Assembly: GCA_051382295.1 (NCBI GenBank)
Contig: JBBCAW010000008.1
Coordinates: forward strand, 64,001 to 128,000
From: Bdellovibrionota bacterium FG-1
GTDB taxonomy: Bacteria; Bdellovibrionota; UBA1018
Reading direction: 5' to 3'
Length of the DNA: 64,000 bases
The position numbers were made by a program, and so were the translations under genes. This document shows positions 1 through 8,961 of this stretch, in pieces (within the stretch, counting starts at the first letter, position 1; every line of letters begins with the position of its first letter). Below the pieces are notes generated by a model. It did not search any database. It worked only from the letters and a program-made list of their open reading frames with translations, and was not told the origin of the DNA.

Positions 1-584
1 GCTGCCCCAACCTCGGCGACGGCCGCCGGCACCCCACCGATCCGAAAATAATCACGAAGCTCAGCGAGCCGGTCCGCCTTGGCCCAACCTGCGACTTTTC
101 TCATGGCATAAAATTCTTCAAACCCCATGGGCAAAAGTAAGAACTCCCCGCCTGCCTCAAATCTTCCGGGCATGCGATCAGCCCCTAGCTTGAGATCGTA
201 AGCATGTGATCCCGTAAGCATCAGAATGGGGATACGCCCCAGATCCATTTCATATTTCACGGCCCGATCCCAATGGGGCACAAAATTGACTTCATCCAAT
301 AAGACCACGTGACGGTTTCGGACAGACTTAAGAATTTCAGCAAGCTCCTGGTAGTCCGCCACTCGTTCACAACTCAAGTAAAAGCAGCTTGTCTTCTTCT
401 GGGTGTAATGACTGAGCACTGTTTTCAACCACGAGCTCTTTCCGATTTGACGAGGCCCCCGAACGATATACATTCCGTGTTTTTCTGGAATAAATGGAAA
501 TGACCTCTCAAAAGGCATCGCCGCCAGCTTTCGCAGGTGCTTATCCTCAAGTTCCCAGCCGTCTTTTTCCCAAAATAAATCCAT
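1..584 (-). CDS. AAA_14-type ATPase (DUF4143-associated family), truncated at window edge
   Basis: Manual translation from ATG at 584: MDLFWEKDGW...GPRQIGKS (Walker A)...LLDEV (Walker B)...LTGS...PGR...LLPMGFEEF...GGVP; not in the ORF track because it runs off the window. Confidence 0.85.
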   Translation of the reverse strand, partial: MDLFWEKDGWELEDKHLRKLAAMPFERSFPFIPEKHGMYIVRGPRQIGKSSWLKTVLSHYTQKKTSCFYLSCERVADYQELAEILKSVRNRHVVLLDEVNFVPHWDRAVKYEMDLGRIPILMLTGSHAYDLKLGADRMPGRFEAGGEFLLLPMGFEEFYAMRKVAGWAKADRLAELRDYFRIGGVPAAVAEVGA

Positions 585-605
585 AGGATAACAATCATAT
601 CCTGT

Positions 606-660
606 TTTGGCGATTATTAAAACTAAATTTGGCGATTACAACACCACGATTTGGCGATTA
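606..660. repeat. Three TTTGGCGATTA direct repeats with exact 22-bp period upstream of the AAA ATPase (putative operator array)
   Basis: Repeats start at 606, 628 and 650. Confidence 0.8.
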
Positions 661-1542
661 ACCTTTTCTCCCCGATACCAAATAAGTCACATGCCCCCGA
701 CCGCAATGAAAAGTCCCCTGCTTGATGGCCTCCTTCACTTGGGCTTGATACCGAAGCCCCGTGGCATAAAGCCGCCCAAATTCGTCCTCACTGCCACCCC
801 CTGCCAAAAAAAAGCGGCGCGTATCCTCCCGACCAAACAAAAAATAACCCGCCTCGACGTCTCTCAATTCGTCAGCAATCGCCTCTGACTGGCCAGGAGC
901 AATATAGGGCGGATAAAGGGCACTCGCGCGATCAGACAAATAGACCTGAATGTTTTGGATCCCCAACTCCGAAAAAATTCCCGGTAAGAGGTCCCCAACA
1001 GAATTGTCGCCTTCGCCCAGGGCGATCTTTCCTCGTTCACAAACGAGGAGAATTCTATGAAGTTCCATCGCCTCCTCAACCGTGGTTTGAACCGAAGTTT
1101 TGGTCTGCGCCAAATTGCTGGGTTCTGCCGCGACAATCAAGCCTCCCGGCTTCAAAACGCGCAACATCTCGAGAATCACCTGTCGCGGATCTAAAACATG
1201 AATCAATAAAGTCTGACAAGTCACCAGATCAAAACTGTGATCGGGAAAGGGAAGATGCTCCGCACTCGCCTCAATGAAAGATACTCTGTCCTTTTGTACA
1301 ACAAACTCAGCTCTGGCCTGACTAACCCAGCCAGCCTCTCGATCTACCCCGGTCACGCGGGCATCGGACGGCAAATTTTGCAAAACCGCTTTCGTCCAAT
1401 GCCCCACGCCACAGCCGACATCCAAAATCTGACGGACCCCGGACAAATTCCAACGCTGCGCCATCCATTTCAAAAAATCAGCATTCCACCAGAAATTTCG
1501 AGCATCCGTAAAAAAATGTTCAGAATGTTTCTGGGTCATCAT
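658..1542 (-). CDS. Class I SAM-dependent methyltransferase
   Basis: ILDVGCGVGHW motif I, SFDLVTCQ, LRVLKPGG. Confidence 0.9.
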   Translation of the reverse strand: MMTQKHSEHFFTDARNFWWNADFLKWMAQRWNLSGVRQILDVGCGVGHWTKAVLQNLPSDARVTGVDREAGWVSQARAEFVVQKDRVSFIEASAEHLPFPDHSFDLVTCQTLLIHVLDPRQVILEMLRVLKPGGLIVAAEPSNLAQTKTSVQTTVEEAMELHRILLVCERGKIALGEGDNSVGDLLPGIFSELGIQNIQVYLSDRASALYPPYIAPGQSEAIADELRDVEAGYFLFGREDTRRFFLAGGGSEDEFGRLYATGLRYQAQVKEAIKQGTFHCGRGHVTYLVSGRKG

Positions 1543-1556
1543 GGGATTATTTATAC

Positions 1557-2876
1557 CTATTTCGCCTGGCGACCACCGCTGATCACCGGAGCCCCAGGCC
1601 CACTACTGGTCCAATAAGAATGTACTCCCGGCACGTCTGAAGTAAAAAGAGCATTCGGGCCGCCTTCATCATCAATAAACACATTAACCGGGCTGGTAAA
1701 TAAATCCATAAAACGGATTGAGCTCATATTGAACTCAATCCTAGCCGGATATTTTCTCCCTGCTTGATCAATAATACTCTCAAAAGAAATCCCGCCACTC
1801 ACGTTATTCTGAGCGGCCCTAAGCTCGCCTTGAGCATCGACAAACACGATCCGAAAAATCGAAACTGGAAACTCATACCAAGAACTCTTTCCACTTCCCT
1901 CAAACAGAAGTCGAGTTTTCCCTAAATCATCTTCGACGGTCAACCAACGCTCCATGGGTCGAACTGAATAATTGAGATGCAACTGAGAACGTACGGTTCC
2001 AACAGGCTTTCGTCCTATAAACCGCACGAAAAACTCATTTTCTCCCTCGGCCACTGGTGGATATGGCACATATCCAGGCCAAGAGGTCTGTAGCCCAAAA
2101 TTTCCAGACACATCCACCGCACGATTCCCATCCAAGTACAACAACCGCTGGCCATCAATCCAATTTTCAGAAGAACCCCAAATCACTGTCCCAGCCTTGA
2201 GCCAATTTGCAATATCCTCCTGCATAATTGTACCGACTACATGATCGCAACCAAGCACATGGCCGATTTCGTGCAAAATCTGCACAGTCAAATGAGATAC
2301 CTGAAGCTTGGCAAACCCAGGGTGCTCACTTATTTTATTCGGTGCCCAGTCTGGGAACCCTTTCGCCAAGCTGTTCTGGGCGGCCACCCAAATCAGACCT
2401 TTCCCCCAACCCGCAATGGGATCATAGGACTGCCGATAGGCCAAAGCAGTGGGATGATTGTATTGTTTTTTCACTAACCGAGTCAGATCATCCTCAGATC
2501 CAAAATAAAACTTGAGATCCTCCGTCCCATCGCACTGAGACATCCGTTCGGTATTAACTTGAATTCGACGTTCCTCTGGAACTAAAAACCAATTCCCGGA
2601 AAAGGCACTAGTCCCCACTTTTTGAAGATAATTTTTCCACTGCAAAAAACTTTCACTCAAACTCGTCGTAACCTGCTCATCGGTAGCCCCAAAATCACTG
2701 GAGCGCAACCAACAGTAGCGAATCGGCTTAGACCCCAAAAACCACGCAGCCCCCGAATCCACAGGTCGATTATCCGTCCCGCCGCTACTTCCTGCCCCCT
2801 CACCCGCAAAGCCCGAGCTTCCGACCGCCAAAGATAGCCCAACCCAAACCAACCCGAAAAACCGAAATACCTTCAT
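1557..2876 (-). CDS. Secreted metzincin-type zinc metalloprotease
   Basis: Signal peptide (MKVFRFFGLV...GFA), Gly-rich GAGSSGG after it, HEIGHVLGCDH zinc motif plus GTIM Met-turn; start moved to ATG 2876 (GAGGGGG RBS). Confidence 0.75.
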   Translation of the reverse strand: MKVFRFFGLVWVGLSLAVGSSGFAGEGAGSSGGTDNRPVDSGAAWFLGSKPIRYCWLRSSDFGATDEQVTTSLSESFLQWKNYLQKVGTSAFSGNWFLVPEERRIQVNTERMSQCDGTEDLKFYFGSEDDLTRLVKKQYNHPTALAYRQSYDPIAGWGKGLIWVAAQNSLAKGFPDWAPNKISEHPGFAKLQVSHLTVQILHEIGHVLGCDHVVGTIMQEDIANWLKAGTVIWGSSENWIDGQRLLYLDGNRAVDVSGNFGLQTSWPGYVPYPPVAEGENEFFVRFIGRKPVGTVRSQLHLNYSVRPMERWLTVEDDLGKTRLLFEGSGKSSWYEFPVSIFRIVFVDAQGELRAAQNNVSGGISFESIIDQAGRKYPARIEFNMSSIRFMDLFTSPVNVFIDDEGGPNALFTSDVPGVHSYWTSSGPGAPVISGGRQAK

Positions 2877-3008
2877 AGTACCCCCTCGTCTATAAGATCC
2901 AACCCCGAGGGTCAACCCGTTCTATAGAGGGTTCATAGCGAGTAAATTTGGCAGAAAATACGTTTTTTTAATTAACTTACATGCTTTAATGTTAGTAATT
3001 ACTTAGTT

Positions 3009-3815
3009 ATGGAAAAATCCCTTTTCGACTTTCGAGACTACAAAACCTTTCTCTCCCAAGCCCTTGCCACTACCGGTGAGAAGCGTGGAGCACGCTCGCG
3101 GCTGGCACAATTCCTCAATTGCCAAACCGCATATATTTCCCAAGTCCTCAATGGGACCGTCCACTTCAGTCTCGAGCACGCCGTGCAGATCAGCGAGTTT
3201 TTAGGGCATACTTCGGAAGAAGCCCACTTTTTCATCCTACTCGTTCACCTGGGCCGTGCCGGATCAAAAAACCTGAGAGCCTACTACGAAAACCAAATCC
3301 TTCAAATTGCCACTCAACGTGAGCAAATTCGGGAACGGATTCATGTCCGCGACACCCTCAGCAACGAAGACCGGGCCATCTATTACAGCTCCTGGCATGT
3401 AGCGGCGATTCACGTCATGCTCTCCATTTCCGCCTTTCAAACCCCTCGCGCGATTGCGCAACACCTCGGCCTTTCGCATGAAATCGTTGAAAAACATCTC
3501 AAATTTTTGGAAAGCATCGGTCTCGCCCTTCGCGAGGGAGAACGATTTCGGATCGGCAATGCTCGCATTCATTTGGCCGCTGAATCTCCTTGGATTTCCA
3601 AACACCACGCTAATTGGCGCATGCGATCGCTGCAATCGCTGGATCTCCCTTCAAAAAACGATCTTCATTATTCGTCCGTAATCACTCTCTCAGAATCGGA
3701 CGTCGCTAAAATTCGGGAAATTTTGCTCGCGGCACTTGAAAAAGCAGAACCCATCGTTCGCAAATCTGCCGAAGAAACGACATATAGTCTCTGCCTGGAT
3801 TTTTTTAAGATTTAA
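3009..3815 (+). CDS. TIGR02147/DUF4423-family HTH protein
   Basis: FDFRDYKTFL...SRLAQFLNCQTAYISQVLNG...YYSSW...HHANWR...YSLCLDFF pattern. Confidence 0.85.
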   Translation: MEKSLFDFRDYKTFLSQALATTGEKRGARSRLAQFLNCQTAYISQVLNGTVHFSLEHAVQISEFLGHTSEEAHFFILLVHLGRAGSKNLRAYYENQILQIATQREQIRERIHVRDTLSNEDRAIYYSSWHVAAIHVMLSISAFQTPRAIAQHLGLSHEIVEKHLKFLESIGLALREGERFRIGNARIHLAAESPWISKHHANWRMRSLQSLDLPSKNDLHYSSVITLSESDVAKIREILLAALEKAEPIVRKSAEETTYSLCLDFFKI

Positions 3816-3831
3816 CTAGGCTATTATGACA

Positions 3832-4125
3832 TCATTTCAAATCAGTTGGGCGAAAAAGGCGCGAACCCTCGAAAACACTTAAAACATAAACAGACCTCTC
3901 TCGGACACAATAGATGATGCGATAACCTTCATAAATCAATTCTCGCGCCACCTGCTTTTCATCTTCAGGCACGAAGCGTCCAGAATCCGGAAAATCCACA
4001 AGCTTATCCGCTTGCTCGATGAGTTCTAAAACGAAACTCACCGCTCGATCAGGAGAATCCTGCGCAATAAAATCCTCTATCTCGACAAGCCGATCACGCG
4101 CGGGCTCAGTCCAAACGACTTTCAT
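3832..4125 (-). CDS. RelE/ParE-family toxin
   Basis: MKVVWTEPARDRL...IAQDSP...FPDSGR...RELIYEGYRIIY; overlaps the antitoxin stop. Confidence 0.9.
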   Translation of the reverse strand: MKVVWTEPARDRLVEIEDFIAQDSPDRAVSFVLELIEQADKLVDFPDSGRFVPEDEKQVARELIYEGYRIIYCVRERSVYVLSVFEGSRLFRPTDLK

Positions 4126-4424
4126 TTTTTGGACTTTCTTATTTTTCGACGTGTTTCGAGATGCGCCTTTACCTCTTCTGCCGTGTAAACCTTGTCAGCA
4201 ATAATTGCAGCCTCCCCAGCCCTAATTTCACTCCGAACAAAATCTGCGCTTTGATGCTGAATGCGATCAAACTCCTCTGGAGAAATAAGCACTCCGGCCG
4301 GCCTTCCATTTTGAGTAATCACAACAGGTTGGCCTGATGCGCGAACACGATCCAGCCAGCTTGCAGATTGTGCTTTAAACTCTGCAATCGGCACAATATC
4401 TCTGGCAATTCGAACTGCTTTCAT
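4122..4424 (-). CDS. Phd/YefM-family antitoxin
   Basis: IVPIAEFKAQ...PVVITQNGRPAGVLISPEEF; ATG 4424 with AGGAG RBS. Confidence 0.9.
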   Translation of the reverse strand: MKAVRIARDIVPIAEFKAQSASWLDRVRASGQPVVITQNGRPAGVLISPEEFDRIQHQSADFVRSEIRAGEAAIIADKVYTAEEVKAHLETRRKIRKSKK

Positions 4425-4444
4425 AATGGATAGTCTCCTAATTC

Positions 4445-4476
4445 TAACCATTAATATACTATATTTTAACCATTAA
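4445..4476. promoter_or_regulatory. TAACCATTAA direct repeat (22-bp spacing) upstream of the Phd-RelE/ParE operon
   Basis: Exact 10-mers at 4445 and 4467. Confidence 0.6.
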
Positions 4477-4524
4477 AAGATAGAATTTTATTTATTTATG
4501 ATACTTAAAAAGAGAATTATTAAT

Positions 4525-5280
4525 CTAAAAACTCTCCCAATCCGCCAAAATCCAACGTTTCAATTTTTCATCCCACACAAATTGTCTCGCCTGATCCCGC
4601 CAATCCTTTTCAATAATCTGCAACCGCAAAGCGTAGGGTTCATCTGCAAGAAAAAGCACCATCATCTTGACCGTCAAATCTTTAAGCGCTTTTTCGCGGG
4701 CGAGCCACCCCGAAGACGGAATAGCAGGCCGGGCCCCGAGAAATTCACGCCCATCCTCAGACCCCCAAATTCGCGAAACGATCAAGAACTTCCCTTCTGG
4801 GTCACTCTCAAAAATTTTTACCCGTCTCACCTCTTCCGGCACCTGCGCGGCAGCCTGACGATAAGCGCGAAGCTGCATTCTCGCTGGCCCAATACCCTCC
4901 GCGCTGTATGGAATTCGAATCACTTGCTTTGGATTATCCGCGCACGCAAAGATATGGGTCTGACTGCCCGCCCCCAAAAATTCTCCAAGGCGGATGATAC
5001 GGGCTCCAACCTGAACAGAATCACCTTTTCGCAGGAGCAAGATTTGTTTCTTAAAATCCTCGCCGGCAGACTGAGCCAAATCGAGGATTACAGGAGGATT
5101 TCCTTTTTGCCGTTCCGGATGATTCTTATAGTCCCGCACTCGACGGATTTCGGCTTTTGTTCGAAAAATTTGGCTTTTCTCTAAAATCTGGAGCCGCTCT
5201 AAAACATGCGCCAAATCGCATCGCGGCGCCGCCTCTACGCGGGAAAACAAAAAAAGACTCAATAGTACCGTAATCAGCAC
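4525..5280 (-). CDS. Exported protein with degenerate protein-kinase-like features
   Basis: Signal peptide (...VEA); LGEFLGAGSQTHIF Gly-loop, VIRIP, C-terminal WILADW. Confidence 0.55.
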   Translation of the reverse strand: MLITVLLSLFLFSRVEAAPRCDLAHVLERLQILEKSQIFRTKAEIRRVRDYKNHPERQKGNPPVILDLAQSAGEDFKKQILLLRKGDSVQVGARIIRLGEFLGAGSQTHIFACADNPKQVIRIPYSAEGIGPARMQLRAYRQAAAQVPEEVRRVKIFESDPEGKFLIVSRIWGSEDGREFLGARPAIPSSGWLAREKALKDLTVKMMVLFLADEPYALRLQIIEKDWRDQARQFVWDEKLKRWILADWESF

Positions 5281-5618
5281 TTTCTCGGGCCATCCCTATC
5301 TAGTTTATCGGCTAACCGACTCGGCCACCGGAACTTCAAAAATCTGGCAAGGACTTTTTTGTTCGGCTGCAAAAACTGAACGAGCCAAAATCCAGACCAT
5401 CAGGACTCCAAGGAGCGATATTTTCAAGTGTTTGGATTCAATTGACATATAAAAACCTCTTGTTTTTCCTCTCATTTATTATCATATCTTTTTTATCAAG
5501 TAATAGTAGTTGTGTCCTCGAAGACACTCTTGAAAGTCGCGTCCTGCATTTTATCGATAGTCCATAAACCGTTGACTCAAAGCAAGGCCGGCCCGACCAT
5601 AGAAATAGGAGAAAATTC

Positions 5619-6473
5619 ATGCCGACACCCCAAAGCCAAGTCGTTGTAACTGCGGCGCTTACCGGCGTCCTCGCCACCCGCAAACAATGCCCATCCATCC
5701 CCTACACCGCCGCTGAAATCGCCGACGAAGCGATCCGTTCTTACGAAGCCGGAGCCACCATTGTTCATATTCACGCGCGCGAAGATGACGGTTCGGCCTG
5801 CTGGCGGCCGGAGGTTTTTCAACAAATCGCCAACCTCATTCGTCCCCGCTGTCCCGTGATTCTCAATTTTTCAACCGGCGGAATTGGCAGCTCCATCCAA
5901 AATCGATCCCGCCATCTCCCCCTAGTTAAACCCGAAATGGCCGCCCTCAATATGGGCAGCATGAATTATTCGCTCTATAGTGCGCGCCAAAAGAAATTCA
6001 TCATGCGCGGAGTTTTTTTAAATCCCTTCGAAGACATTGAATTTTTGCTCAAACTCATGGCTGACAACGGTGTGATTCCAGAACTCGAATGCTTCGACGC
6101 TGGCCACATTTGCAACGCAGATCCTTTTATCGACATGGGACTGCTCAAACCGCCTTTTCACTTTTCGCTCATTATGGGCGTCACGGGCGGAATTTCAGCC
6201 ACCCCCCAAAACCTTCGCAACCAGGTAGGTCTTCTCCCAGGCGGAGCCAATTGGCAACTCGTCGGCATCAGCAAAGAACAATGGGAACTCGTGGATCTTT
6301 CGCTCGACCTCGGAGGGCATATTCGCGTGGGCCTCGAAGACAATTTTTACCTTCCGAATGGCGAAATGGCTAAATCCAATGCAGAGCTCGTCGAAATGGC
6401 CGTAAAAAGGGTACTCGGTCGAGGCCAAAAAGTAGCGACGATTGAGGAAACGAGAAAGATGCTAAAGGGCTGA
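5619..6473 (+). CDS. Beta-keto acid cleavage enzyme (BKACE/DUF849, Kce-like)
   Basis: VVTAALTG, HIHAR, STGG, LNMGSMN, PELECFD, RVGLEDN. Confidence 0.92.
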   Translation: MPTPQSQVVVTAALTGVLATRKQCPSIPYTAAEIADEAIRSYEAGATIVHIHAREDDGSACWRPEVFQQIANLIRPRCPVILNFSTGGIGSSIQNRSRHLPLVKPEMAALNMGSMNYSLYSARQKKFIMRGVFLNPFEDIEFLLKLMADNGVIPELECFDAGHICNADPFIDMGLLKPPFHFSLIMGVTGGISATPQNLRNQVGLLPGGANWQLVGISKEQWELVDLSLDLGGHIRVGLEDNFYLPNGEMAKSNAELVEMAVKRVLGRGQKVATIEETRKMLKG

Positions 6474-7679
6474 CTCTTTGACCTTTTTACTCCCGCTATA
6501 CATCTCGTATTTAAGAAGCCGGCACTCAATGGCGCCGTTAAAAAGCACAAATCTGCGCGAGGCTTTGAGTCCTACAGCCTTGGCCAGATCCGGATTGCTG
6601 GTAAGGATATACCCTTCCCAACCCGCGAAGCGTTTTTTGAAAATGTCGCCCATTTCCTTGTAGACGGGTTTGAGCTCTTCCGTCTCACCTAGGCGCTCGC
6701 CGTAGGGAGGATTCATGACCACCAGGCCATGCTCTTGACCGGGGAGCGGAGCCAAATCCAACAGCTCCCGTTTTTCGATGTGCACTTTACCGTGAAGCCC
6801 CGCACCTTCAACATGACTGATCGCAATTCGAACTGCCTCCGAATCTCGATCATATCCAGCGATTCGCGGCAAAAGCTTGGGATCCTTGATCTCAGCGGCT
6901 TGAGCTTCCGCCACCAGCCGCGCCCACAGCGCCGGCACATGTCCCTGCCATCCCATAAAACCAAACCGCTTACGACTAAGTCCCGGCGCACGATTGACCG
7001 CCATCAACGCGGCTTCGATCGGAATCGTCCCAGAGCCACACATCGGGTCAATCAGAGCTGGCATCGCCGAACTTTGGCCAGCTTCTCGACCTTTTTTGAG
7101 CGCGTCAGGCCAGCCCGCCAACATTAAAATCGCAGCCGCCAAATTTTCCTTAAGCGGCGCTTCAACACTCTCTTCACGATAGCCTCGACGATGAAGACTC
7201 TGACCCGAAAGATCCAAACTCACCGTCGCCTCGTTTTCAAGGACATAGACATTGATTCGCAAATCAGGATCTACCGAATCCACTGAAGGCCGCTCTCCGA
7301 GCACACTCCTCAATTGGTCACAAATGGCATCCTTCGTTTTGAGTGCGCCAAAGTGGGTATGCTCAATGTCAGATTTCGACGACGAAAAATCCACCGACAG
7401 GGTTTGGCGAGGAGTGATGTGCTCGGACCAACGGATCGACTTGACGCCGCCGTAAAGCTTTTCAGGAGTCGGCGCCGAAAATGTCTTCAACGGAAGAAGC
7501 ACGCGATTCGCAATTCGCGACCCTAGACAAGCGCGATAAGCCACTTCGAGTGGCCCTTGAAAAGCCACCCCCGCACGAGTCACTTTGACGGACCCGGCGC
7601 CTAACGCCAGAAGCTCTTGCTCAAGCAAGGACTCCATTCCTTTGGCAGTCGTGGCAAAAAAAGAAAGGTTGGCAGCCAT
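6462..7679 (-). CDS. rlmL: THUMP-domain 23S rRNA m2G2445 methyltransferase (RlmL-like)
   Basis: SLHRRGYR, APLKENLAAA, DPMCGSGT, NPPYGERLG, FNGAIECRL. Confidence 0.9.
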   Translation of the reverse strand: MAANLSFFATTAKGMESLLEQELLALGAGSVKVTRAGVAFQGPLEVAYRACLGSRIANRVLLPLKTFSAPTPEKLYGGVKSIRWSEHITPRQTLSVDFSSSKSDIEHTHFGALKTKDAICDQLRSVLGERPSVDSVDPDLRINVYVLENEATVSLDLSGQSLHRRGYREESVEAPLKENLAAAILMLAGWPDALKKGREAGQSSAMPALIDPMCGSGTIPIEAALMAVNRAPGLSRKRFGFMGWQGHVPALWARLVAEAQAAEIKDPKLLPRIAGYDRDSEAVRIAISHVEGAGLHGKVHIEKRELLDLAPLPGQEHGLVVMNPPYGERLGETEELKPVYKEMGDIFKKRFAGWEGYILTSNPDLAKAVGLKASRRFVLFNGAIECRLLKYEMYSGSKKVKESAL

Positions 7680-7743
7680 TCACACTGCATTATCAGGCTT
7701 TACTCTATGCGTCGACCAGGAAGTCGCGATAGAGTTCCCTGAA

Positions 7744-8112
7744 ATGAGATTTTTTTGGATGGGATTTTTTGGACTCGTCGGTATTTTTTCGCGTTTCGGC
7801 GTCGATACCCTCGTACTCAAGGCTGGCGCCCCGGCGCCGTGGGGGACACTCACCATCAATAGCCTAGGTTCATTTATCGCCGGCGTGTTTTTTGCCATCG
7901 GGGCCGAAAAAGGCCTCATATCCCCCGACTTACTCACCCCCCTTATGGTGGGCTTACTTGGCGGCTTTACTACCTTTTCTGCCTTTTCACTTCAAAGCGC
8001 GCTGTTACTGCAGGAAAAAACCCCCTGGCTGGGGTTGCTGTACCTTTCGCTGACCCCGCTTTTAGGAGCCCTTCTCAGTTTTGCTGGCTTGTTCGTCGGA
8101 AGACGAATCTAA
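7744..8112 (+). CDS. crcB: Fluoride channel CrcB/Fluc
   Basis: PWGTLTINSLGSF and GLLGGFTTFSAFS signatures; start moved to ATG 7744. Confidence 0.9.
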   Translation: MRFFWMGFFGLVGIFSRFGVDTLVLKAGAPAPWGTLTINSLGSFIAGVFFAIGAEKGLISPDLLTPLMVGLLGGFTTFSAFSLQSALLLQEKTPWLGLLYLSLTPLLGALLSFAGLFVGRRI

Positions 8113-8915
8113 CGAGTCAAGCTGCAGACAAGCCGACTCACCTGATCATTAAAATAAAGAGTCGAATCCAAATCATTGATTCGCCCGCCCCTCTCATCAA
8201 TGGCTAGAACAGCGATCGATCCAGATGCAAGCCCTTGGAACTGCAGAATTCCCGTTCTATTCGCGAGCTGAACACCTTCAAAAATCGCTAACATACTCAC
8301 CGTGCCCGGAAACTGTGAATCCCAGCCCTGGATTCGCATCTCATACCCACCCTTTCGGGACACCTGGATCACATCCACATAAAGGGGATGCGCTGCCCCC
8401 AAGCTGTGACAAGTCCATCCATAAAACGAAAGACTCTCAGCTCCGCCAAACGATTTCCGAGTCAGCCCCATAGGTTGATCCATCACGAGTTCCACTTTGC
8501 GCAAATCAGAAAGAATTCCGTAGCCACGCGACAAAGCATTCACACGCCCTTCAACCAAAAGACGCGCCCCTGAGCGAACCATGACCGATTGGAGCTCCAC
8601 AAACTGAGGAGCCGCCATTGAGCCTTTGGCAAACACCTGATCTACTTCGTAATGAACCCCACCTGATTCAATATTCAGTGCCCAATAAGTTTGTGTGTGA
8701 GGACAAACAAAAGCGTTGTCCTTCGCGTCGTCATCGCAATACACCAGCGGTATGACAGTTTGACGCGCTTCAAAACTCGCCGTTCCCCTGATTTGAATAT
8801 ACTCTCCATTGTCCGCGACTTGAAAAGGTCGTGAATCAGCAAAAGTCACCAAAGGAAAAAGAACTCCAAAAAGAACCCCAACGATCCAACTCAATCCACT
8901 CATCTTGATTTGCAT
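8109..8915 (-). CDS. Hypothetical secreted protein
   Basis: Signal peptide, AGGGG RBS and upstream sigma54 promoter. Confidence 0.65.
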   Translation of the reverse strand: MQIKMSGLSWIVGVLFGVLFPLVTFADSRPFQVADNGEYIQIRGTASFEARQTVIPLVYCDDDAKDNAFVCPHTQTYWALNIESGGVHYEVDQVFAKGSMAAPQFVELQSVMVRSGARLLVEGRVNALSRGYGILSDLRKVELVMDQPMGLTRKSFGGAESLSFYGWTCHSLGAAHPLYVDVIQVSRKGGYEMRIQGWDSQFPGTVSMLAIFEGVQLANRTGILQFQGLASGSIAVLAIDERGGRINDLDSTLYFNDQVSRLVCSLTR

Positions 8916-8942
8916 GCCATTCCCCTTAAAGAGGGCGCATGA

Positions 8943-8958
8943 AGCAAACAGTATGCCA
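8943..8958 (-). promoter_or_regulatory. Sigma54 (-24/-12) promoter
   Basis: TGGCATACTGTTTGCT on the minus strand (GG-N10-GC). Confidence 0.7.
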
Positions 8959-8961
8959 CAC

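Noticed and set aside
606..660. Mini CRISPR array (also considered for 34409-34472)
   Set aside because: Repeats of 10-11 bp with 8-11 bp spacers are far too short, and no cas genes are present.
4498..5184. 228-aa plus-strand ORF, and similar long antisense ORFs such as 9543-10154, 18887-19447 and 50072-50701
   Set aside because: They are shadows of better-supported genes on the opposite strand.
7700..7745. Fluoride riboswitch upstream of crcB
   Set aside because: Only a partial GCGATAGAGTTC resemblance; the pairing partner and downstream conserved segment are missing.
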